Shown here in pieces: positions 54,076 through 64,000 of a DNA stretch of 64,000 bases. Source of the stretch: Folioceros fuciformis (Eukaryota); NCBI GenBank assembly GCA_049999805.1, contig JBNGIO010006079.1, forward strand, positions 130,203-194,202, given 5' to 3'. Made by a program: the position numbers and the translations under genes. Numbering within the stretch: position 1 is the first letter of the stretch; each line of letters begins with the position of its first letter. The notes below the pieces were generated by a model, which had not been told where the DNA came from, ran no database searches, and was given only the letters and a program-made list of their open reading frames with translations.

Positions 54076-54711
54076 GACTTGATTCCCCGCCGCCTACCGT
54101 GGTGGTTGGCTTTTGAAGTTCATGAGTTCTGTGATTCTTGAATCTGCCAGCGCGAATCGCCGTGACCCACACCGTCAGTGACGGCCTTATCTTGATGCGA
54201 CGGGAAAACTGTCAAAAGTTGTCAACCTCAGCGATGAAGCCATGTAACATTAGACGACATGATCACGACACCAGAGCGCAGCGAGCCCGTAGCCGAGATT
54301 TGTTGGATTGTAGCCGTGGTAATCACGAGAGTAGCGTGCACACCTAGAGGCTCTGTTGTACGCACTGGAGCAACTCATTGCACCACCACAGCAGTTGGTG
54401 ATGGATGACGACTGGCTGTTGTGGAGTAGCAGAACGAAGGCAGATGATTCGAGAAGGACCGCATCGCAGCGTCACGTGTAAGCGGGACGCGGGAATAATG
54501 CTGGACTAGTACAAACTTTGTGGTTTCTAGACTGGATTGTGAGGCCAGTGTTAGAGCCCGGCTTGCCCTGTCGGGCGCCAGGATGAACAGGTTCAACGAA
54601 TGCAGGCGGCAGTGACCCGAGATGCAACCAGGCCTGTAAAGCCCTAGTCACAGATGCAACTAGGCTGGGAATGCTGCAACCTCATTGGCCTCGCGGGATT
54701 ACCGTCAGTGC

Positions 54712-54753
54712 ATGAACCTAGCCACGCTGGGATAATGGAAGAAAACGTATATA
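54712..54753 (+). promoter_or_regulatory. LHCB proximal promoter: ATGAACCT (EIL/SLIM1-type consensus AYGWAYCT), GGATAA and TATATA
   Basis: ATGAACCT 54712-54719, G-box-like GCCACG 54721, GGATAA ~54730, TATATA 54748-54753, ~100-140 bp before ATG 54850. Confidence 0.4.
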
Positions 54754-54849
54754 CAGGCGTCCAAGTGTACCCTCCTGCAGCAGCTGACTTGTCTCGTCTT
54801 GCTCACTCCGGGCTACAGCTCCCGCTGTGCATCCAGTAGTGGGACAGCC

Positions 54850-56144
54850 ATGACGGCCATTTCCGCCTCCATCAGCAGCTCCACCTTCGCAGGCCAGTCC
54901 GTGCTCAAGGGCGCCAGCGAGCTTTCCCGGAAGGTTCATGGCGGCAAGGCCGTTGAGTCGAGGATCACCATGAGGAGGACAGCCAGCTCCAAGCCCGACA
55001 GCATCTGGTAGCCCTGTTTACTTGCTCCTCAATTTGCTGCAGCTGTGCACTGTAGTCTTTCGATGCAATGCAATGACCTCTTCATTCATTCTACGAGATA
55101 CTTGCCTCCGCGCAATGGATTCTCCACTTTGATTGCATCCCAACGTTTCCAGCTTCTTGTTTTCCTCCGTGCAGTAGATTTTCCCCTCTTCTTGCTCAGG
55201 TTAAAGGTCTACGTATTCACCGCCTTGACCTTTGCGCAATGGACTCTCTTTTCTATCTACTCTTTCTCTATCTGTTGTGGCGTAGATGCTATCTACAATG
55301 AGCTTATGCCCTTGGCTGCGTTATACTCGCGTTCAAGTGCTTTGCTCCTCCTCAATGAGCTGCGTTTGTTACCCTCTCACCTAGACCATGGGATGCAATC
55401 GTCCAGACCTGTTCGTTCTTGAATGCATCGAGCTAGCCAGCCATGAGACATGCAACGCGATCTAAATCAAGGAACACGGATCTTGCTTGTAGGTACGGCC
55501 CAGACAGGCCCAAATACCTGGGCCCGTTCTCCGGCGAGCCCCCGAGCTATCTGAAGGGAGAATACCCCGGCGACTACGGCTGGGACACAGCCGGTCTGTC
55601 GGCCGACCCCGAGACCTTCGCCCGGAACAGGGAGTTGGAGGTCATCCACTCTCGCTGGGCGCTTTTGGGAACACTAGGAATTGTGACCCCTGAGATTTTG
55701 GCGCTCAACGGGGTGCCGATCCAAGAACCGGTGTGGTTCAAGGCAGGCGCTGTCATCTTCTCCGAGGAGGGGCTGAATTACCTCGGTAACCCGGCTTTGA
55801 TACACGCGCAGAGCATTCTAGCGGTGCTGGCTGCTCAGGTGATTCTCATCGGCGCCGTGGAAGGTTACCGCATTGCAGGTGGTCCCTTGGGCGAGGTGAC
55901 AGACCCTCTCTATCCCGGGGGCGCCTTCGATCCTTTGGGCCTAGCAGACGATCCCGATGTCTTCGCCGAGCTGAAAGTGAAGGAGATCAAGAATGGCAGG
56001 CTGGCACAGTTCTCTGCCTTCGGATTCTTTGTGCAGGCCATTGTAACTGGCAAGGGCCCCATCGAGAACCTGTTGGACCACCTTGCCGACCCCGCCAACA
56101 ACAATGCCTGGGCTTACGCTACCAAGTTCGTGCCGGGGAACTAG
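54850..56144 (+). CDS. LHCB: Major light-harvesting chlorophyll a/b protein of PSII (Lhcb1/2-LHCBM type), 2 exons (54850-55007, 55493-56144)
   Basis: Transit peptide ending 'RITM|RRT', intron splitting the Trp codon before '[13 protein letters not shown]', '[18 protein letters not shown]', '[10 protein letters not shown]', '[13 protein letters not shown]', '[12 protein letters not shown]'. Confidence 0.97.
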
Positions 56145-57051
56145 ACTGTTCCTCCTACACCGTGTTAACTCGATAGAAGCAAGCACGTTCGGAATCACAT
56201 TTGTCCGGACGGAGCGCGTAGTTTAGCGAAATGCCTTTTGTACAGCGTCGCTCCACAATAATGTACACACTGTGAATGTGCTTTGCCTATGAAGTTCTAT
56301 CAACCGCTGTGCAACTTTGTCCCACTGCCGTCCATTGCATATCTCATTCCCGTGGGAAACTGAAAATATGTAATATTTTTTATCCACAAACTTTATAGAC
56401 ATACTTTATTAAAGCTCAATATCATGTCAAAATGACATACCATCATATGTAAATAAACTATATACTATATATGTATATTATACATGATATTATTTTATCA
56501 ATACAAGTAGACGTTCTAGGTTATTTTGCAAGCTCACAATTAAGTTGATCTTGATGTCTCCTTGAGATTACATAATGCATATAGATTGTGAACCTAGCTA
56601 CTTGTGTTGTTACACTTCAAGAAAGGCAAAGGGCAACACCTTTTGAGAGGATATTGCTTAGCTTCCCTACTAAGTGTCTGAAATCGAGCTTCCTTGATCC
56701 AAAATGGAACGTAACCTTGGGGAAGACAAATCGGTGAGCGAAATTCTTAACCAAGCTAATGAAGTGATGTGGGATAAGACTTGCATAGATGCTAGTCATC
56801 AACAACCATGCAACACAATCTGTGAACAAACCATTCGTGGCAAACCACATAGGATTGAAGTTAGCGAACGACAATGGAGTGCAAGTCATGAAGAAGCTAT
56901 AATAGCATGTAGACAACCATGTCTATGGAACTTTATGCACAAATTAGAGATGATCAACTATGGATTGAAGCAAGTAAACAGCCATGGACAGCCTGTGCAA
57001 GGGAACAACCATGGACTAGTGCAAGTGAACAGCAATGGAATGTTGAACAGC

Positions 57052-57240
57052 TGAGATTATAAACAGTACCAAAGAAGCAAGGGCAGAAAGGCAATATCAA
57101 TCATTATGTGTAAGAAGACCTACAAATATGTCAAGGGGCATAAGTAGTTATAACTGCTAGTCTATCCCTAACTACCTAAGATGTAACCCTAAGTACATAC
57201 TAACAATGTATATAATAAGTAATTATTATTTTTCCTAACA
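57052..57240 (-). repeat. 3' LTR
   Basis: tgagattataa...tttcctaaca, 4 differences from 63650-63838; adjacent polypurine tract (ctcccactca on +). Confidence 0.93.
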
Positions 57241-58485
57241 CTCCCACTCATTGTGTACGTATGTCTTAGCGATACGCCCACCGAACCTGTCCAGAATAGA
57301 ATAACCCAAAATCGTCCACTCAAGTGTACCAGCAGAACGGGTTCTCTGCACGCGTACAGCAGTGACTGTCCCGTGCGACATAAAATTCACAGCGCCCAGC
57401 CGCAATTCGCATCCCTAATCTCTGCATCAGCTGGACAGAGTTGGAGCATCCACAGCTGGTGAAGATGGCGAACGATGGCGCGTCCAGGACTTCTGCTCGT
57501 CAACAAGACACCACAGTCTTCAAAGAGGAGATCACAGAGAAACGCCAGCTGCCACACACCGCTACGTCGACTACAGCACCACCTCGAAACACAGTCCAGG
57601 GGTTTGCATCAGCTGCAGAGGAGAGACTGCCCGCTTGAGTGGTAGAGTTCCTTGCACCACGTCCAGTTCAGCCAAAAGCTCCAGAGTGCATCTGTGAGGC
57701 CGAAGCTCTCTTGTGCCCTCGACACGGCAAAATTCCAAAATGGGTGCAACAGTCAGGCTTTGAAGGCAACTCAGCGCTGCTGGTGGCCAGTGTGCAGAAT
57801 TCCAGGAGTCTGCACCTGAGGAACCTGTTGACGCTCCCACTTTTGCTCACAAGCGCTTCTCACCGCGTGGTCCTTTGAATGCAGTGAAAGCTCTACCACA
57901 GGAGGAGGACGAATACATCATGTTGCCTACGCCTCACAACCCAAGACCCTTCACACTGCCTAGAGGAAACCGGACCAGGACTGTGAGGTTGATAACAGAC
58001 GGCAACGGGATCAATGACCCTCTCACTCCTTAGACATACACCTGTATTGTGACTGGAATTACAATGATCAGAGAGGACTGGTTCAAGTGGGGTGGAGAGC
58101 ACGGAAACTTCATATCATTTTACAGTAAGTCACTCGCTCACCTCTGAATTGGTTTGCACACTATTGCTGTGCCTTGAGCATAAGCTGTGAACTTACAACC
58201 TAACTACAATGTCTGAACAGAGAATGCATGAGGAGGCTGGAGTGGAATATCCTATGGAAGACGAGGACACAGATGAAGAACCAACAGACCACAATTTTGA
58301 CTCCAACTTTCAGGAACTCCTTAGAAGGAATCAAAATGAGGACAGACCTAATCTGTTCTTTGGTGAGCCAGATAACAGTGGCTCAAACTCCGATAACAAT
58401 TCTGTGTCTAATTTCTAAGTTATGAAATGCCAACATCTGTGTGTGACTCTGTGACACTTGCTGCAGTCAGGTGCTGCAGAGCTCT

Positions 58486-61400
58486 CTATCTTACAAGGTA
58501 AGAGGAGTCAAGGAATCCTATGGCTTCTTTGAATTGCACATGTTTCCCCTTAGGTAGAGCCTTCGTTAAAACATCTGCAGCATTCGAATCTGTAGGGATA
58601 TATTCGAGATGCACCTGTCCAGAAGATACTGCTTCACGAATGAAATGATGGTGCACTTCAATATGTTTTGTCCTCGCATGGAAGACTGGATTTTCAACCA
58701 GAGCCAAGGCACCTATGCTATCACAGTGAATTGTAGTAGGCTGCACCTGCTCTTGACCCAAATTTTTTAGTAGCCTCCGGAGCCATATGGCTTCCTTCGC
58801 TGCTTGTGTAAGAGCATAATACTCTGATTCAGTCGAGGACAACGAAACTGTGGTTTGCTTTTTCGAAGACCAGGTTATGGCACCGCCTGCCAGAAGAAAA
58901 ACATAAGCCGACATTGACTTCCTGGAGTCAGAATTTGCTGCCCAGTCAGCATCACAGTACCCTATCAAAGTAAGTGGCTCTCCTTTATGATGTTGCTTTG
59001 TATAATGAATGCCGTGACTACTTGTACCCTTCAGGTACCGTAGGATCCTTTTAACGGCAGACCAGTGTGTTCTGCCAGGTTGCTTAAGGAACTGTGAAGT
59101 AGTACTAACTGGCAACGCTATGTCTGGTCTCGTGTTATTGGAGCAGAAAATCAGCGAGCCAACGGCCTGTGCATAAGGTACGTCCTGCATTTCCTGTTTT
59201 TCTGAATCAGTCACTGGTGAATGCTCCAGTGTGAGTTTACTACCTGCTTCCATAGGAGTTGCAGCAGGTTTAGCCTCCGTGAGCTTATACTTATGTAGCA
59301 TATCAAAGATGTATTTTTCTTGATGGATAACCAGTGTGCCACTGGACTTATCTCGCAGGAGTTGAGTACCCAAACAGTAAGAGAGTTCCCCAACATCCAC
59401 CATATCAAATCTGCCAGATAAGAGACCTTTAACTCGGTTGATACCTTCAAGATTAGTACCAAGTAGAATACAGTCGTCTACGTACAAAGCTAACACCACA
59501 TAGCCTGTCTCCTGTTGCAGGAAGTACACATTAGAATCTGCATCACTCTTCTTGAAGCCGAGGTCACGTAGAAACTCATCAATGCACTGGTACCAAGCCC
59601 TTGGTGACTGTTTTAGACCGTAGATAGTTTTCAATAGTCTGCAGACCCAGTCCTCACGTCCCTTAGCTTCATAACCTTCTGGCTGCTGCATATAGATCTC
59701 TTCTTCCAGCTTACGATGCAAAAACGCAGTCTTCACATCCATTTGATGGATGAACAAGCTGAAAAATGCAGACATAGCAAACAGGGCACGTAGGGACTGT
59801 GCCTTAACAACGGGGGAGAAAGTGTCATTATAGTCGAGCCCTGGGACTTGAGAGAAACCCCTAGCCACAAGGCGAGCTTTGTACCTCGCTATAGTTCCGT
59901 CAGCCTTATACTTGAGTTTAAACACCCATTTGCTGCTGACAATCTTCCTCCCCTTAGGCGGGGGACAAAGCTCCCAAGTCTGATTGTGGATAAGAGAGTC
60001 ATACTCGGAGGTAATAGCTGCAATCCAATGACAAGAGTCGGGACCTGTGACTGCGTCCTCGTAGGATTGAGGTTCATAGCCAGGTTGGACAGTGACATGG
60101 ACAAATTCTCCCACTATCTCATTCGGGTTCACTCCCACTGCCCGAGGCACTCTCCTAGTACGCCAGTCCTTAGCCTCATAGGGTTGTTCAAGCCATTGGT
60201 CTCGTCCACGATGCACCCTTGCAGACCTTCTAGGCTGAGGAGGCATCACATACTCTACAGGGTCATCAACAACAAGTTCAGAATCATCAGCTGGAGGGGA
60301 TTCAGGCACACCATCGAAGGGATCATCTTCTTCAGCTAAATCTGAAGCAGCAGCAGGTGATCCAGGAGGATCCAGTGGAGGAACAGGGAGAGAATCTGGT
60401 GGGAGAGCAGGAGGAGGGTCTGGTGGGAGAGCACCTAATCTGGAGGATCTGTGACATCAGAAGCATCAAAAACAGGAAAGTCTACAATATCTGTAGGCTC
60501 TGACTCATCTGACTCAGTGTAAACAGGATGTTTAGGAGTGGGATAAGTATCTGCATCTGACAAATCAACAGGGAGATCAGCAGGAGGTGTAAGGACAGAG
60601 CGCTCATCAAACGCCACAGTGCGAGCATGAGACACTTTACGAGAAACTGGATCAAACAGTTTATAACCATGAACTCCAGGTGTGTAGCCGATAAACACAT
60701 GTCTTTTTGACTTGAAAGAAAATTTCTTCCTAAGCTTGTCTGGTATATGTGCATAGGCTATACTACCAAAGACACAAAGGTGGGAAATATAAGGCTTTAC
60801 TCCTGTCCACGCTTCAAAAGGAGTTACATGTGATAAGGAAGAAACAGCTATCCTGTTCTGCAAGTAAGTAGCAACTTGAACAGCCTCTGCCCAGAAACGT
60901 ATAGGTAGCCTCCCCTGAAAAAGTAGAGCCCTGGCAGCATCTTGTATTGTTCGATGTCTACGTTCTTCTATTCCATTCATATCAGAATGATAAGGAATAG
61001 TTAGCTGCCTTGTGATGCCACGTTCCTGACAGAAATCTTGAAAAGCCGAGGATAAGTATTCCTTCGCATTATCAGATCTTAAACTCTTCAGCTTACGCCC
61101 TGTCTGACGTTCAACATATGCCAGGTATCTTTTAAAACTGTCAAACACATCACTTTTATGCTTCAGCAACTCAGTGAATGTAAAGTGAGTTTTATCATCT
61201 TCAAAGAGAACAAAATACTTGGCACCTCCCCAACTTGGTGTGGACATAGGGCCACAAATGTCTGAATGAACCAAGTCTAACACTTCTGTCTGTCTCCGTG
61301 GTTTGCCAGATCCAAAGTGAGATTTAAACTGTTTCCCATGAACACATGCAACACACAACTCCAAATCTGGTAAGTCAGAATCTGTAAAACCTGTAACCAT

Positions 61401-62914
61401 CTTGTCCTTCAACAAACCATCTTGTCCATCATGGCTTTAATGTTTGGATGTCCAAGCCTGCAGTGCCATCTGAAGGCAGCGTATGATTTACTAGATGCAG
61501 ACTCCACTACCTGGGCTGATGATGGTTGGACATCTGAGACAAAATCTAGGATATACAAGTCATACAGGGGAGTACCACGAGCTATGACATCTGAAGGTGA
61601 ATTCAGCCTAGTGATAACATACTCTAAACCTTCAAACAAAATGTTGTACAGACCTGTTTTTCCTAAGGCCATAGTACTAACAAGATTTTTCTTGAGTGCA
61701 GGGACATGGAGTACATTCTCTAACTCCCATGTCTTCCCGTTCTTTAGAGTAACTATCACTGTACCTATACCTCTAATAGGTATATGAGAATTATCTCCTA
61801 GAACAACAGCATGTTGACAAGGTAACTGTCTATAACTTACAAATGACTTCTTAGAAGAGCACATATGATTAGATGCACCACTGTCTAAGAACCACTGATT
61901 TTTGTCCTTTGACACTGAGGACAGACAAGCCACAAGCAAACCAGGTGTTGTAGCTCTTGCCACATTTGATTCATGCTGCTTTCCTTTTCCAGCATCATCT
62001 CTTTGCTTAGCCCTGCAATCTCTAACCCAGTGACCTGGCTTGTGGCAGTAATTGCACACACCAGGCTTCTTCCCGGGCTGCTGTGAGCTGGAGCTGGAAT
62101 CAGGTCGGGATGCTTGTCCCCTGCCCCTTCCAAATCCTCCACGCCCACGCCCCCTTCCTCTGCCGCGACCTCTGCCGCGGCCAGACCAAAGTGCAGTATC
62201 ACTTTGCTTATGGGATGAGCTCGACGAACCCTTGCCAGTCATATGCTTCCTGTTGGCTTCTGCTTGAAGCAGGGCTCCAACTAGCTTTTGTACAGTCAAG
62301 GATGTCGTTGCTGGGGTTGTTGCAGTTGCTGGAGTAACAGTTGCTGTTGCTTGAATACTTGTGCTCCAAGTTTCATAGCTTGGAGGAAGGGCCAACAAGA
62401 ACTGTACAGCTGCTCTACTCTCATCAATGATGACTCCGCATGCTGCAAGTCGTGCTGTTGCTGCCCTGAACTTTGCAACAAAGCTTTCAACTGACTCATT
62501 TTCTTTCATGTGCAAATTTTGCCAGTGGTTGGTGGCGGCTCCCACTGAAATCAAATCCTTTGCTTCATAGGTATCATTCAACAATGTCCAGACTTCATGT
62601 GCATGCTTGGCCATCTTGATATGAGGAATCATTTCTTGTGAAACTGAACCAACAAGAATTGTCTTTGCTTTTCTATCCTTATGACTCCATTCTAACGCAT
62701 CCTTCTGCATCCATAGTACAGGGTTCGTCCCCCCTGGTGTCATCATACCAGAGGGCTGCCCAGCCAACCTTTTTGGAATGGTGCCGTCAGTGACTTCCAT
62801 CAGAAGTCTTTCTTCAAGAATTGTACGAACCCTAAATGACCAAGCATCAAAATTGTGTGGAGTAAGGCGATCCTTCTCCTGTAGGCGATCAGAGGTCTAG
62901 TCTGCTGTCGCCAT
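58486..62914 (-). pseudogene. Copia gag-pol polyprotein with one early stop and two frameshifts
   Basis: CCHC 'CNYCHKPGHWVRDC', protease 'WFLDSGAS', 'WHCRLGH', integrase 'HSDICGP/SDNAKEY', RT 'QMDVKTAFL...YVDD', RNase H 'YCDADWA'; ATG 62914, TAG 62897-62899, frameshifts ~61410 and ~60437. Confidence 0.93.
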
Positions 62915-62928
62915 TTTACTCAGCTTTC

Positions 62929-63492
62929 TTATGAAGGGAAGGACCTCAGATCAGCAAGCTGCTGTCTGAGATTAGTAATATCTGATGCATGGTTCTTCAC
63001 TTCCAATTCCAGACCTACTGCTGAAACTAACTCAGATTCCCGCTGTTTCTCCAGACGATCTAAACGAGATGTTAGAAGGTCCACACGTCTGGAAGTCTCC
63101 AAGACAGCGGACTTAACATTCAGCAGTGAATTAAGAAGTACATCAAATTGCTTTAAATCAAAGTGCTTCGAATTATCTTGTACAGGAAAAGGAAGTTGAC
63201 AACATCTACAAGTAGCAGGTAACTGGGGTAATCGGCAAGATGAATCTGGTGCAAACTGCCTGCCTGGAACTGCAGATTGATGCGCTCCCACTTGACTGGA
63301 ATTATAGGTTTCAAGAAACGTCTGCAGAAACCGTACTCGCTCCTCTTGCTGTGCTTGTGAAAGCACGTTCTTGAAATAAAGGTTCTCAAATTGAACTCCG
63401 AAATCTTGTATTTCTAATGTTGGCGTCGCAAGACATCGACCCTGCCTACTTGCTGATGTCCAATGATTCCTGCAAACGCCTTTCCTCGGCAT
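62929..63492 (-). CDS. Extra ORF (187 aa, C-terminal coiled coil) between PBS and gag
   Basis: Open ATG-TAA ORF inside the element; heptad-like 'VDLLTSRLDRLEKQ...ITNLRQQLADL'; stop 14 bp upstream of gag ATG. Confidence 0.5.
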   Translation of the reverse strand: MPRKGVCRNHWTSASRQGRCLATPTLEIQDFGVQFENLYFKNVLSQAQQEERVRFLQTFLETYNSSQVGAHQSAVPGRQFAPDSSCRLPQLPATCRCCQLPFPVQDNSKHFDLKQFDVLLNSLLNVKSAVLETSRRVDLLTSRLDRLEKQRESELVSAVGLELEVKNHASDITNLRQQLADLRSFPS

Positions 63493-63649
63493 CGTGCCGG
63501 TTCCGCATTAGCAAATGCCTATTCTGCTCTTTTCTCTAATGAGAATTATTCATAATCCAAGAAACACCATTATCAAGTCCTCCCCACATTAAATCTAAGA
63601 GGAAGTAAAGAGCAGAAAGGCATGGATCAGCATGGCTCTGATACCAAGC

Positions 63650-63838
63650 TGAGATTATAAACAATACCAAAGAAGCAAGAGCAGAAAGGCAATAGCAATC
63701 ATTATGTGTAAGAAGACCTACAAATATGTCAAGGGACATAAGTAGTTATAACTGCTAGTCTATCCCTAACTACCTAAGATGTAACCCTAAGTACATACTA
63801 ACAATGTATATAATAAGTAATTATTATTTTTCCTAACA
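63650..63838 (-). repeat. 5' LTR
   Basis: Copy of 57052-57240; followed on minus strand by PBS after 3 nt. Confidence 0.93.
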
Positions 63839-64000
63839 CAGGAGATGTAACAGGAATTGCTAAGGGCCCAGGAATAGGAGGCGGCTGCAGTGGAAAAAGT
63901 GCAGAAACTGGCGCACACGTATAAGCGGGAACGAGACAAAGCTCGAAGTCGGGTGAAGGGAAAAGGAAAGGCTAAGCGAAATAGCCAAACTACGACGGAG

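Larger units (their letters stand above)
57052..63838 (-). mobile_element. Full-length Ty1/Copia LTR retrotransposon (disrupted)
   Basis: Two 189-bp TG...CA LTRs, PBS TGGTATCAGAGC (tRNA-Met type) at 63635-63646, PPT at 57241-57250, gag-PR-INT-RT-RH order on minus strand. Confidence 0.96.

Noticed and set aside
56704-57054. 116-aa ORF left of the 3' LTR
   Set aside because: AT-rich, short internal repeats, no recognisable domain; probably repeat debris

Overview
Gene-dense, short-intron nuclear DNA of a non-seed land plant; the many PLS-class PPR genes with 'PGRSWW'-type PG boxes suggest a hornwort (inference only). Left to right: partial ferric reductase (FRO, -); AT-rich repeat-bearing island with a disrupted Q-rich/RING-H2 gene; pseudogenised PLS-PPR gene carrying an N-terminal OSB-type PDF motif; U11/U12 snRNP 35K; kinesin-13; ELO-type fatty acid elongase; a PLS-PPR-E gene; 2OG-Fe(II) dioxygenase; tandem ureide-permease pseudogenes; second PLS-PPR-E; FYVE/DM14-like repeat protein; PAQR/HHP; PILS; GT47 exostosin; LOLITA/TSPOON; PLS-PPR without E domain; RNA Pol I RPA49; third PLS-PPR-E; a major LHCII gene; and a full-length but disrupted Ty1/Copia LTR retrotransposon with an extra ORF. 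The most striking observation is the LHCII gene: every normally conserved Met/Cys of the mature protein is replaced, giving a sulfur-free antenna protein, with an EIL/SLIM1-like motif in its promoter, a candidate sulfur-sparing antenna isoform. Exon boundaries were read by eye and are approximate; there are two 100-N gaps.
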